A stretch of DNA of 64,000 nucleotides from Marsupella aquatica (Eukaryota; Plantae; Marchantiophyta). The stretch lies in contig OZ316891.1 in the NCBI GenBank assembly GCA_973895155.1, forward strand, positions 3,733,801 through 3,797,800. The letters are read 5' to 3'. A program made the translations under genes and the position numbers. Under the pieces are notes generated by a model. That model ran no database searches and was not told the DNA's origin. It was given only the letters and a program-made list of their open reading frames with translations. This document shows, piece after piece, positions 50,694 through 62,713 of this stretch (position 1 is its first letter; every line of letters starts with the position of its first letter).

Positions 50694-53600
50694 TTTTTAT
50701 ATACAAAGGGACCAAACAGAGTACAAATGAACAAACAAAAGAGGGCCCAAGTGGACAAAACCAATCGAAAAAGAAGTGAGCAAAAGGGAACCACTAAACA
50801 CCAAGAAAGAGGAACTAAAAGTAAGAAATGAACAATAGGGAACCCCTAAAAACCAAGAAAGAGAGAGAGACTAAAACTAACCCAAGCGGACCGAGGTCCT
50901 CATCATTCCTACCGATTGTGGCAAAAAGCTAATGGTCCACATCAAGAGTCAAAACTAGATCGGCAAGTGGGATTGGAACATCCTCAAGGGGAGCTAGCCG
51001 CTGCGGAGGCACACTAGCACCCACTGTAAGAGATCGACGATAGATGGCCCGAGCTTGAGCACGCTATAAGGTGATTGAAATGCGTTGGCGAAAGTGCGTG
51101 GTCAAAATAGAAAGCGGGGGTCCGGTGGGACCCATTCGGCCATGAACATCCCGGGCAGCTTGTCGAAGAAGCCTATCAAACTGAGGATGAAGACGCCCAA
51201 ATAGCTCCACAACAAGGGGGAGGAAGTTGTCGGATGAAGCTCGTGCAGCATATTTGGCCTCCTTCGTTGTTGCCGCACGTGACGCTGCTGCCCCTGCCGT
51301 AGTTGCCGCTGTCCCAATGATGTCTTGGCGCAATGGGTTTGCCACCACAACATCTGCCAAAGTACGTTGACCCTCACGGACCATGGTAAGATCCACCCGT
51401 AACCGCTGTGATGGAGGACCAGGTAACTCGAGTACCACCTCCCGCCGCACGCATACCAAAGAGCCAGAGAGAACCTGAGTAGTCGCATCTTGCACAGCGT
51501 CGTGAACAATAATGGTTTCACCTCCCAAACTGCACCGAAGAAGATGGACACCTGTGGCATCACAAGGCTTCCCACAAGTGCAAGAAGGAGGTAAACCTGC
51601 AAGAAGTGGGTGGGGCAGCCCCAGACGAAGACGCATGGCTGTGGAGAACTCCGTTGAAGACATCCGCAAATGAGGAATGACTGGATTGGCCTGAAGCCAT
51701 CCACCTGTGCCCTTCCCTCCGGAAGAAAGAATCCGAGCTCGGTCCGTGTCAGGTGCCTCGGAGAGGATGCTGGAAAGGGTGAAAGTGTGCATACGCCCAG
51801 CAAGGTCTGCCTGAAGACGAACGGGATCCAAGGATAAAAACTCCTGGAAAGAAGGTAACGCGGCGCGAACGGGATCTGGTAATGAGGACCGCGCTGCGCG
51901 CAAATGAACCTGAAACGGGAGGGAACCCTCCTCTACCTCCATGAGAGATGAAAGTAAAAAAGGGCGATCCTCAATAAGAAAACGATCGGCCAACAACGAG
52001 AAGGCGGCCGCCCATGCACCCAAAAAGGCCAAAGGTGCAAGGCTCTCAATGGAAGTAAGCCCAAAACCACCCTGCGAAATAGGAAGACTGAGTTGTCGAT
52101 GAAGCCACGGAGATGAGAGCAACGTACCCGGACCTAAAAGAGAGGCCAGGGTCTGACGAATGGAGACATCAAATGCTCGAAGGTGGAGACAAAGATCCTC
52201 GGTAGGGGGATGCGTCCTAGCCAGATAAGACGCACGAGGGTGGATGCACCTCAACAACATCCCAAATGCTGCCTGAGAATCTGCTAACTTAGGGAGCATA
52301 GGAGTATGGGCTAAGGCAGCCTGTATAGAGTCAGCAATGAAAGATGAGCAAAAGGAGGCGGTACCGATTGGGGAGCCAAGGACCCGAAGACCATCGGCTG
52401 GACGTAAGAACCCTGGGGGAAGCACAAGATCAGAGGGTAACCCAGCTGGACTCCATGCACGACTCTTCACAGGCTGAACTCGTAAACCGAGGCCCATCAA
52501 ATGGGTGGAAAGAGTGGCGAGGGCAGAAGTAACCGCGGCAGGAGGACCAATGATGTGGGTGTCATCTGAAAGGGAGGGGAAGATACACTGGGGGTGGGCC
52601 ATGGCAGCTTCCCGTAAAGCTGTAAAATGGGCAATGGCAAAAAGAGGCCCACCCAAAGGGTCACCCTGACGTGTACCTTCTGCAGAGGAAAGAGTGGTAT
52701 ACACACCTGTAGAGGAGTGATGACTATAGAAGAGTGGGGCCTCGAGTCCATAAAAACAACGGACAAAGGGGATCAGGGACTGGATGTCTGGATCCGCCGC
52801 CCTCAAAGCACGAAAAATGGCTGCCCGAGAAACCGTATTAAAAGCGTTAGAGACATCAACCTGGAGGACAACCCAATCAGGGTGGAGGTCCAATGTAGCT
52901 CAAATACCCGCAATAACCGTCTCATAACCGCCAGGAACGCCAACTGCAAACTGATGTGGGGAGAGATGATCCGATAGTGCAGAGCGAAACTGTGAGGAAA
53001 GTGTGCGAGACACAAGACGAAGAAAAACCTCCCCAATAGCAATTGGCCGAACACCCGGTGAAGACTTAGCCATGGCCAATAAACGAGAAGCACTCAAGAG
53101 CCGAGAGACGGGAGGAGGCAAACGACCGGCTGCAATACACTGGCAAAAGGAGAAGAAAACTGGAAAACCAAACTGAGGATCCTCAGGGGGGAATAAATCA
53201 CGAAAATGCTCAAAGACATAGCCGAAGGGGCCACCAGCAGAACAACGCGGGGCATGGAGGAAGGCATAGGTGAAGTGGTCCCTACTAAACTGAAGATCCT
53301 CCTCAGGCTCAAAATCCTCGACAAACAAAGGGAGCTGATCATGGGGCTGCGGATGGAGATCCTGAAGGGCCAACGAGGTGACCTCGCCAGGGGGGGCTGG
53401 TGTGGTGGGAGAAAGGGCCTGGACAGCCCGACGATATTCACCAGCCTGGGCTAAACGACAAGAGCGACGAAGACGTCTATGCTCAGGGGGATGAGAGTGG
53501 CGAGTTGGGTCAGACAAAGCACGGGCGGTAAAAGACCGGGCGCGAAGAAAGTACTCTTCCTGAAGCTGCTCCCAATCTCCCCGCAAAAAACGATGGATAC

Positions 53601-54480
53601 GAGAGGCAGTCTCACGGTGACCCACACGACCACCATGACTAGGGAGGGTAAGAGTCCACTGTGGAAAAAGCATCAGTAAAGACCAATAGGAGACCTCCAT
53701 AGGATGCGCCAAGATAAGCTGCATGAGTTGCAACAAGGAGGACCGAACTATAGGGCGCAGCGCCAGAGGAATGTGGTTATAAAGGCGAGGTCTAATGTAC
53801 CCTGGATGGTAGGCTGGAAGGGGGTCTAGAGTGCGAACCCAACTCCATGCCTGCTCGGGAGCCTCCAAGGAGGGAGGGGCAGAGCTAACCGGGTCAATAG
53901 GGGGCTGAGGCTGGGATTGTGCTTGCTGGCGACGATGGCACCGGCCCCGCCCGCGATGATGAGGGAGGGAGATGCCAACCCATCCACAGTCAGGACAAGT
54001 ATGCAGGGGACGCTCGTCCGGGGAGGGAGCAGGGAAAGACTGGACAGGAGGTGGGGGTGGAACAGATGTGGACGAGGAGGCCGGAGGAAGATGATGAATG
54101 GGTGGAGGGGGAATGGGGTGGGGAGAGGAGCCAGGGCGACGATGGGGTGGGCAGTAGACGGGGGGGACTGGCAGAGCATCGGGCATGGGATCATCACGAA
54201 GATGAGAGAGATCCAGTGAAGAAGAGCAAACACGAAGACGGCCACGAGGGGGAGGGGAGGACGGGGGAGAAGTGTGGGGTGGGGCTGGGCGCTTGCCCCG
54301 CGCCAACACTCTCAACGTAGACATGACAGGCCGCAACCCGATAAAAACAAAAACGCATCAAGAAATGACAAAAGGCCCAACCGAGGCATGTGAAAAGAAA
54401 GGGGAGGCGATGGAGAGAGCCCATCTTATGCCATGATCCAAGTCTTCGTTCCTCATTCTTCTCTTTAAAGCGCCAAAAAA
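50694..54480 (-). mobile_element. CRE-like non-LTR retrotransposon (zinc finger, RT, CCHC, restriction-like endonuclease); single ORF 54336-50929 with two nonsense codons
   Basis: CPDCGW..HHRGRGRCH; GVRPIAIGE..QFAVGVPGG; DVSNAFN; GTRQGDPLG; SLSDD; LPISQGGFG; CTCGKPCDATGVHLLRC; RVDLTMV..LADVVV; K..KY..PLVVELFG. The stops at 52900 and 51064 are in frame, and the ORF ends at TAG 50929. Outer boundaries are approximate. Confidence 0.9.
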
Positions 54481-54810
54481 GAGAAGAATGCTCCCTGCAT
54501 GCAGTAAGTTTAAAAGATCAAATTCCCGCCCCCGCCCCCGCCCCGGCACCACCGATCCCGATCCCGATGCTATCGTTGCGTGGATCGGCGAAGACTGATC
54601 CAGGAGGCAGCTTCGGTAGACCTAGCCCCGTCGGCTTGGCCGGACCGGGCGTGGTCTGGTATGCCACGACCTTTTCTTCACGCTCGAACGCTCGCTCTCT
54701 CTTTCGTCTCTATTGGGAGTTTGGACGACTCAAGGTCGAAACGAGAATTGTGAAGCGCGGTGGCAGATTGAGAAAAGCATTAGGGCGCGGTGATGGAAAA
54801 TAGATAGATA

Positions 54811-55045
54811 CGGAGGATCCGCTCGAGAAAATTGATGAATCGTTCAATTTTGATTGAAACGCTTCTGCGGCGGCGAAGCTCGAGGCCGGAGGATCCGCTC
54901 TAGAAAATCGATGAATCGGGCAATTTGATTGAAACGCTTCTGCGGCGGCGAAGTTCGAGGCCGGAGGATCCGGTCGAGAAAATTGATGAATCGTGCAATT
55001 TGATTGAATCGCCTCTGCGGCGGCGAAGTTCGAGGCCGGAGGATC
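54811..55045. repeat. 75-76-bp CpG-rich tandem repeat, three copies
   Basis: CGGAGGATCCG..AGAAA..GATGAATCG..CAATTT..GATTGAA..TCTGCGGCGGCGAAG(C/T)TCGAGGC at 54811, 54887 and 54962. Confidence 0.9.
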
Positions 55046-56221
55046 ACGGGAGGGCATGGAGATGGCATGGGAGGCGGACAATTCAACGGACGGAGAGCAC
55101 TGAGAATCGCAGAACAGTGCAGCGCAGCGCAGCGTGAAGGTAGTCTATTCGATTTATCTTGTGCTCCGGATTGGGGATGCATGGACCAACTACGGTATTC
55201 CTAACCGGTGTGAGCAGCTCAGAGCTCAGATTTGATCTACTTCATAGTATAATGTATGTTTGAAAGTGGTCAGGGAATGATCAAATATTTGGATGGATGA
55301 GGCAATTCAGATTCGTTGTTGTTGAGACTCGTTTTTGGAGCTAGCCTCGACAGCCAATTCGCCAGATGGTTGTTTAGGTAATTGCAAATGATTCACGATC
55401 TAGAGGATGAATGTATCATCAGTAGCTAACGCATGTGGTGGTATTTTCGTCAAGGGTCGATTAGAATTTTGCATTGACATTTGTCCTCGTCCTTTCAGTT
55501 GATTACGATGGCTGGCTGATGCGAGTAGGTTTCTCTCAAATTCTGGGACAGGTTAAGGAGCGCGGGTGCCATTCAAGCGTGTAAGACGCAGTTCTTCGTG
55601 GCTGCACAGCAGCTGCGAAGGCATTGACTAACCAAACTTTCATTCAATAGTGCGAGAAAAGTTTATACGGAGTGGGGATCTCTTGCTCTCTGCCAATGCG
55701 AATGCAGTGAGGAGTCCGTCATTGTGTGCGGCTCTCCAAATGATGCAGTGAGAAGTTCTGGTCGCCTCCTCCGAGGTGTTGGAAGGAAAGAGGAGCTTCG
55801 ATTTGCGAAATTGGACACCCTCTCAGGTTTCCGCCTTGCTTGGACGGGGCCAGGAAGGAAGGAGAATTATTGTAATTAGTGATCATGGTGACCAGCGACG
55901 GCATTTCCAAGGAGTACGACTTCTAGCCGTTGCTCGGTAAGTGAAATTAAATGGGTTTCCAGCTATGCCATTTTCCTTGTTTTGTTTGTGTTGCCTGTGT
56001 GACTCGTTTGGCAAAACGACTAGCATTTGGAGTCCGACGGACAGACATTTCTCGGCGTGTCTTATCTCGCTTCTCCTCATCTCCTCATCTCCTCGTGCTT
56101 GGGGATGATCCAGGTGTTGTAGCAGAGGGTTGTTTGAGTGCTGCTCTGGGTAATTGAGGTGTACGACCAGAATTATTTGTGGCTGACTGTCTCTGCATGA
56201 TTCGACTTGGGCGAGAGAACA

Positions 56222-59200
56222 ATGGGGTTAAATGACAGAATCTCCGAGCTGCCAGTCCCGGTGAGGGCAATTTTCCTTCCACCATCTTATTGTAACTACT
56301 TAAGTTCTGTATCCCCGCCCAACGTTTGGTAAGCGTGGCACAGAATCCGGGACTTACTTGTACATCCGCAGCTTAAGATGACGAGCAGAGACGGTTAATC
56401 AGAGAGGGGTGCCACACTTGCAATATGTGGCAGCGTGGACAATCCTGACTTAACTGAGGAGCATTCTTTTTCTCTAGAGTTGTGCAATATTTGTGCCATG
56501 GGATTCGGTTTTCTGTAGAGTTTTGCAATAGTTGTTCCATGTGGATTCGGTTTCTGATATTCCAGCAATTTCTGATAGAGCTAATGAACCAGCAAGAACG
56601 ACCTCTCACTTTTAGGTCCGGGTTATAATTTGTTGTTCAGGTGCTTCACCCGGCCGATCATCAAGTCGCTGGACATCAATATGGTGGTAACGGACGTTCT
56701 ATCCCATTAAAACCAGCTTGCATCAATAGGTGGTTGTCAATCAGGTTTTCTCCTGTACACATGTAATGCTCTGTGCCATGGCTTCCCCTTGCCTGTTCCT
56801 ACATTTCAATGCATGAGAGTGCAACACATGGAGGTTGGAGCACTCTGCTTCATAGCCGTTACTTTCCAGGGGATTGGAGGGTTTCGAGTTTACACGACTC
56901 TGTACTCCTGGTCAAGCTGGTTTGCGTTCTTGATTTGATAGAGACCTTCACTTTATTCAAAGTGTTGCGAGGAAATACAGAATGTATGAGTTAATAATTG
57001 CCTGTATGTGTACTCAAAGGCAGAGTTTTTGTGATGCAGAGGGGCAAGTTGGATCTTCAGTTGATGAATCAGGACGGTTTTACAAGCCCTTACAAGATGG
57101 TGAGAGAGGGAACAGGGAAATTGAGTTTTACGAGAAGCTCCAAATGGACGAGGGGGTTCCTCCCAATATTCGCTCCTTTTTCCCAAAGTATTTCGGGACC
57201 ATTGTTATTGAGGCGCACAACGGTGGAAAAACCAATATCCACCATACGATTTAATGTTTCATAGCCTTTTTGCGAGTGCATGAGCTGTGATTGTGTGTGG
57301 AGTACACCGTGAGGAGTTTAAAGTTCTTCGATTTGCATGTTTCACTTTTGGGAAAATGAGCAGTCAACACTGAAGGACAATGAACCCTCTGATACTGGAT
57401 GAACTCGTGTGTTTCCTAAAATATCTTGTTACCTTGACAAGAAAGGTACGATGTGGAGTTATGGAGGACTTGACCCAAGGATTCCATAATCCGTCAATAA
57501 TTGATCTCAAGGTAGGTATGTTATGGGTTTTTGAAGACACTGGCTATGGTACCTGATGTTTGGAAGAATCGGTTTTAGAAGAAGCAAGATGAACAGTGCA
57601 ATTTATTACCTCCTAGGTCCAAACAAAGAGTGTCCTGTCAGACCCTAAATATACGGATTGAACTCGTATGCTGATCTCGAATGGCACGTCAATAAACTGC
57701 AGGAGAGTCTGACCATGTTTTGACTCTATAGCCCATAGCTGTCTCTGAGATTCAAGCTGGGTAACTTGTGGTAGCTAATCGTTTGATCTCTTTAAATCTG
57801 GTTGCCTGCTCGTTCTGCAGATTGGTTTTAGAACATGGTACCCAGAAGCGAGTGAGCACAATATCAAGAAAAATAAGTAATGCTATTCAATTTGTGGAAG
57901 CCTGCCAATCTCTATTGTACATGATGTACGTTATATGATTAGCAGTTGAAGTACTCAGGGGAGCTATTTTATGTACCTTGTAGGCTGAGATTCAGACTAT
58001 TGTTTGAAGAGTAGACCGTGGGTTTATGGCGTGTAGAGGCACCGTTTTACTCTTCATGGGCGGCCTCCTAACAGGTTTGCAATTGATTTGGACCTAGCTC
58101 AACATTGTCAAGTTGCATGATGTGGCAGGTTGAAAGACAACCAAACAACATCTGGAGCTCTTGGTTTCCGAGTATCTGGCATGCAGGTAATGCTTTTTCA
58201 ATATGACACCGCTGTCTATGTTCATTTCCATCTGTGTAGGTTCAATAGTCTGAATAGTACCTGGGCTGGCCTTCTTGAGCCTGGTTTCCGTCAATCTAAA
58301 TTTTCTGACCTGCATGAATACATACTGGATGATTTTCTTACGTTATCTATCTTGGTACATGACCATGAATCCACAACAGTAGTGAGCTTGGACTAAGTAG
58401 CAAATATTTCGTTTTGAATGATCGGAATCGAGACTTTGAACTCTGCATGGGGGCATGCCAACAATCATTGTTGATTAGTAGAAATCGAACCCTCTTGTCG
58501 TATCTCTCTCAGGTTTATGAAGCTTCTTGTGGTACAACTTTTAAGGCGGACCGCGACTGGGCCAAAACGCTAACTGTTGACGACGTCACTGTGGCTTTGA
58601 AACGGTTTGTCTCCTCAAATCCGCGGGATGCAACCAATCCTGATGCCGCGTTCGCATCCTCGATCTATGGAGGTCCTCATGGTGTCATTGCTCAACTTCA
58701 AGTCCTCAAGCATTGGTACTCTGCAGACCTCAAATTGTTGATGTGTCCTTTCTTCCAGCCCTTGCATATTTGAAGATTAGGCTCTAAGGTACATTAGATA
58801 GTTGTTAAATTTGCAGCCACTAGTTTGCAATTACTATTACCTTTGTTCATCTGTATTTAATCAAAGGTATGGACTGTGATTATGCCGGTTGAAATTCTTC
58901 CTGGGGTCTTCTGTCTAAATTGTTATTCGCATAGCTTTTAGATATCACCGATTTGTCCATGTTCAGGATATTTATGGTTGACAGTTTAGTCCAAGGCTGT
59001 GTGTAGAGGCCATTCAGCTCAGGTGTCTTTTGAAGCCTCATCGTTAGAAGCATTGCAATGTAATCGTGTGGAAGTGTAATTTTATTTTCACATCAGGCCT
59101 AGCGTGGTGCTCACTTGTCCCTGGACTTTGGTGACAGGTTCAGCACACAAACAAATTATCATTTTGCCGCAAGCTCTGTGTTAGTCATTGTTGACGCTGA

Positions 59201-59390
59201 TCTTGCATCATCGACGACAAAGGAGGATGAAAAGACTTGCCAACCGCATGGACCGCAACCTGTAGCTGTGAAACTGGTCGACTTTGCACATACAATTTCA
59301 GGCAAAAGCAGCCTGGACGAAAACTTCCTTGAGGGCCTTAATTCACTGATTCACCTCCTTTCATGTATAGTGGGGGCAGATTCTTCCTAG
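56222..59390 (+). CDS. IPK2: Inositol polyphosphate multikinase (IPK2/IPMK); exons 56222-56260, 56641-56686, 57040-57234, 57450-57511, 57821-57876, 58129-58186, 58513-58715, 59138-59390
   Basis: HQVAGH..GRFYKPLQ..EIEFYE..FFPKYFG..MEDLT..PSIIDLK/IGFRTW (PxxxDxKxG)..LGFRVSGMQ..SSVL..VKLVDFAH..DENFLEGL. All junctions keep frame. Exon 1 is less certain. Confidence 0.93.
57235..57449 (+). other. U12-type AT-AC intron in IPK2
   Basis: Donor ATATCCAC, branch point TTACCTTGAC (57429-57438), AC acceptor 12 nt after the branch A. Splicing gives GGKT-R-CGVMEDL in frame. Confidence 0.85.
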
Positions 59391-60529
59391 TGAACTTGCA
59401 TTTCCCTGTAAGCTTAAAACCAGTGAAAGTGGAGGTCTAAAATTTTCCCTCCAAAATATTCAGTAGGTTGGAGACTGAGGGTCCAATCCAAATTTCCATC
59501 ATTATCGAACTGCTGTTGGCATTGCCTTGTAAAGACCCCCTAAAGTGGTTACACCAGAAACTCGGTTTCTACTGGCTGAGGGGCAGAGAAATCATAAGCA
59601 CTTTTTTCCACTTACCCTCTCTAAAATGCTATAAAATAGGTTTCTAATGGCCGTGGCGTGCAAGGGAGCATCCTTATTGTTTCCATTCAACCCCCTTTAA
59701 AGTGTCACACCGAAAATAAGTTTTCTACACGGGGGGAGGATAGGGGAGCATAAGCATTCACTTCTAATCACCCCCAGGTCCCTTCTTGCCAGGTGGGGCG
59801 TTAAAAGAGGAAATATTCCTGCATACACAGTTTCGTTCAATGCTCACTTTTGCCAAGTGATTAGGCCCCTCACCCCGTTAGTGTAAATTGGAAATTTGTG
59901 TTACTAATCATAAGAGGGGATGGGGTTTTCTATTTTAGGGCCAAATGATTTCACCTGAAACATTGGGCACACACATTTCCATTGGACAAAAAATAATGGT
60001 TTAGATTGTATGAAATTTCAATTATTTAGATTACACTAACCGACAATTGCTTCATGTGAGTAATACTAATTGTTAGACAATTTGCTTCATGTGTTGCTTC
60101 ATATGAGTAACACTAATTGAATGGTGAGACAGCTATAGCTAGCCAACTCATGTAAAGAGCTTTCTTTTCATTTCCCAGACGTATGTTGCAAAAGTTCCTC
60201 AAGAATCATTGGCCAATGTCATGTCTTGCTTGGGACTTAGTGTCCTTGTTCACTGGTTTCTTCCTCGAGCACATCTTTGGCAACCACTTCTTTGAGTCAC
60301 AGTTCTTTATTGCTGAAGTTGGGAGTCCCAAAGCTCCAGAGTTGTGGATGATGACTTTGGACCACAAAACATGGTTGTAACTTTCTCACAGGGTTATGTA
60401 AAAAAAATTAATATGTTTTTTTTTTCACTAGCTTCTAGAGACAATAACTTATGGTCATAACATATGACCAATGTTTCTAGCAACAAGTTATAGACCATGG
60501 ATTTGGCAGTCCATAATCTTTTCCATAAC

Positions 60530-61442
60530 CTTAACTGCTAAATCAGTCCATAATCTTTTCCAAAACCTTAACTGCTAAATTTGAAGTTTTGAGATCCCCA
60601 AGTGAATACACAGACCAATATTTATGGCAAAAAGTTATGGACTATAAATTTTGGTAGTCCATAATACTTTCTGTCCATAAACTTTCCTACTAAATCTTGA
60701 AGTTTTTGAGAGGCCCTAGTGAAAATGTGGACCATACTAAATAATCCTTTCTGTTCATAACCTTAAATACAAAATATTCTCTTCTGTCCATAACCTTTAC
60801 TACTAAATTTGAAGCTTTGAGACATCCTAGTGAAAATAAATTTGAAGCTTTGACCATAACCTTAACTACTAAATTTGAAGCTTTGAGACATCCTAGTGAA
60901 AATAAATTTGAAGCTTTGATCTTAACCTTAACTACTAAATTTGAAGCTTTGAGACATCCTAGTAAAAATAAATTTGAAGCTTTGACCATAACCTTAACTA
61001 CTAAATTCCAAGCTTTGAGACTTCCTAGTGAAAATGTGTACTTAACTACTAAATTTGAAGCTTTGAGACGTCTAGTGAAAATAAAATTGAAGCTTTGACC
61101 ATAACCTTAACTACAAAATTTGAAGCTTTGAGACTTCCTAGTGAAAATGTGTACTTAACTACAAAATTTGAAGCTTGGAGACTTCCTAGTGAAAATGTGT
61201 ACTTAAATACTAAATTTGAAGCTTTGAGACGTTCTAGTGAAAATAACCTTAAATACTAAATTTGAAGCTTTGAGACGTCTAGTGAAACTAAATTTGAAAG
61301 CTTTGACCATAACCTTAACTACTAAAGTTGAAGCTTTGAGACTTCCTGCTAAATTTGAAGCTTTGAGACGTCTAGTGAAACTAAATTTGAAAGCTTTGAC
61401 CATAACCTTAACTACTAAGTTGAAGCTTTAAGACGTCCTAGT
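60530..61442. repeat. Complex minisatellite built from AAATTTGAAGCTTTGA cores
   Basis: Many copies of TAAATTTGAAGCTTTGA, alternately followed by GAC(A/T/G)T(C)CTAGTGAAA or CCATAACCTTAAC. Confidence 0.9.
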
Positions 61443-61939
61443 GGAAATGTGGAGGATGCGATATGCCGCATTGCAAAGAAGCATCTCCTGCGGTTGAAAC
61501 AGAGTGCACGCTCATTTGCGAAGATTGCCCACTTTTTTCGTGAATCCCTAGCTGCTGACGAAGAGGCACAAGGCATTCTGTGCTCTGTGGGCTGGTGCTA
61601 TCACTCGACACTTCGTGTTCATGTTTGCAGAGTTCTTCCTCGAGCACGTCTTTAGCGTCGGAGAGGACGACCTCGAGTTACGGTTTCTTCGTTGCAGTGA
61701 AGGATATGGCCGATGCGATGCGTCTCATTGCAGAGTAGCATCTTCCGCGATTGAAAACAATTTGCACCCACATCTGCGAGGATTTCACACTTTTTTTCGT
61801 GAATCCCTAGCTGCTGAAGAAGAGGCAACAGGCATTCCTTTGGGCCGGTGGGATCACTCTGCATCACTCTGAGTCAACGTTTCGAAGGGCCCGTGTCTGT
61901 GAGGATCGTGGAAAGATAGAAGAGCAGGAGCTGGAAGGA

Positions 61940-62713
61940 ATGTCGTCGTCGTCGTCTTCGTCTGCCTCTGCGTCTTCCTCGTCCTCAGACTCTGAGAAGG
62001 ATGCGGATAGGCACAGGCGGATCAGGAAAGGCGGGCTGCTGGATCCCGGAGACAGGGTGGTGGTGGTGGAGAGAAAGGCTATGGACAAGCAGGCGGTGGG
62101 GGATGAAGGAAGGAGTCGTGAGAGGAGAGGGAGCGAGAGCACCCGAAAAGAGGAGAAGAACGAGGAAAGAAGACCTAAGAGAGAGCGGGAAGAGCCAGCA
62201 GGCAGGAGAGGCGACAGATATGGCGAACGGAGGTTCAGAGAGGTGAAGGAACGGGATTCTTCTAGGGAGCGGCGAGACAAGGTTAGGGAGCGAGACATAA
62301 AGGAGAGAGACTCGTCCAGGGAGAGGAGAGAGAGGGAGTCTCCTCGGGAGCTCAAAGAAAGAGACTCTTCTAGAGAGTTTTCAAGAAGCAGAAGGCCTTC
62401 CGACCGATGGAGAGGGGACGATCAAGATCAAGAAAGGGGTTATGGGAGAGGTCGAGGTCGCAGGTTTTCCGCGCCTGGAAGGCAGGTCTGGACCGGACGG
62501 CACAATGGAAATGATGGCAGATACAGTGATACTAATGCAAGGCAGGGGTGGAAGGACGTGGACAGGGATTCATATCCTCGTCGGCGACGCAATTCGTTTG
62601 GGGAAGGGGAAAAATGGAAGCACGACATGTTTCAATCTGTCGTAGATGGGGCCGAGACCAAAGAGCCTGAGGAAGACCCAGTTGCTAAAATTGAAGCTCT
62701 TCTTGCGTCTTGA
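61940..62713 (+). CDS. Arg/Glu/Ser-rich protein with a C-terminal Btz (CASC3/Barentsz-like) motif, single exon
   Basis: 257-aa ORF with RE/RS repeats, GRGRGRRF and EKWKHDMF...EEDPVAKIEALLAS*, matching a plant Btz-domain family. Confidence 0.8.
   Translation: MSSSSSSSASASSSSSDSEKDADRHRRIRKGGLLDPGDRVVVVERKAMDKQAVGDEGRSRERRGSESTRKEEKNEERRPKREREEPAGRRGDRYGERRFREVKERDSSRERRDKVRERDIKERDSSRERRERESPRELKERDSSREFSRSRRPSDRWRGDDQDQERGYGRGRGRRFSAPGRQVWTGRHNGNDGRYSDTNARQGWKDVDRDSYPRRRRNSFGEGEKWKHDMFQSVVDGAETKEPEEDPVAKIEALLAS

Noticed and set aside
51102-54424. Alternative-frame and antisense ORFs over the retrotransposon, and similar ones over cyanase and the Btz gene
   Set aside because: Shadow ORFs of GC-rich coding sequence.
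60690-61431. Repetitive ORFs (KFEALR.., KASNL..) or a CRISPR-like array
   Set aside because: These are translations of a minisatellite. The 'spacers' are themselves repeated, there are no cas genes, and the context is eukaryotic.
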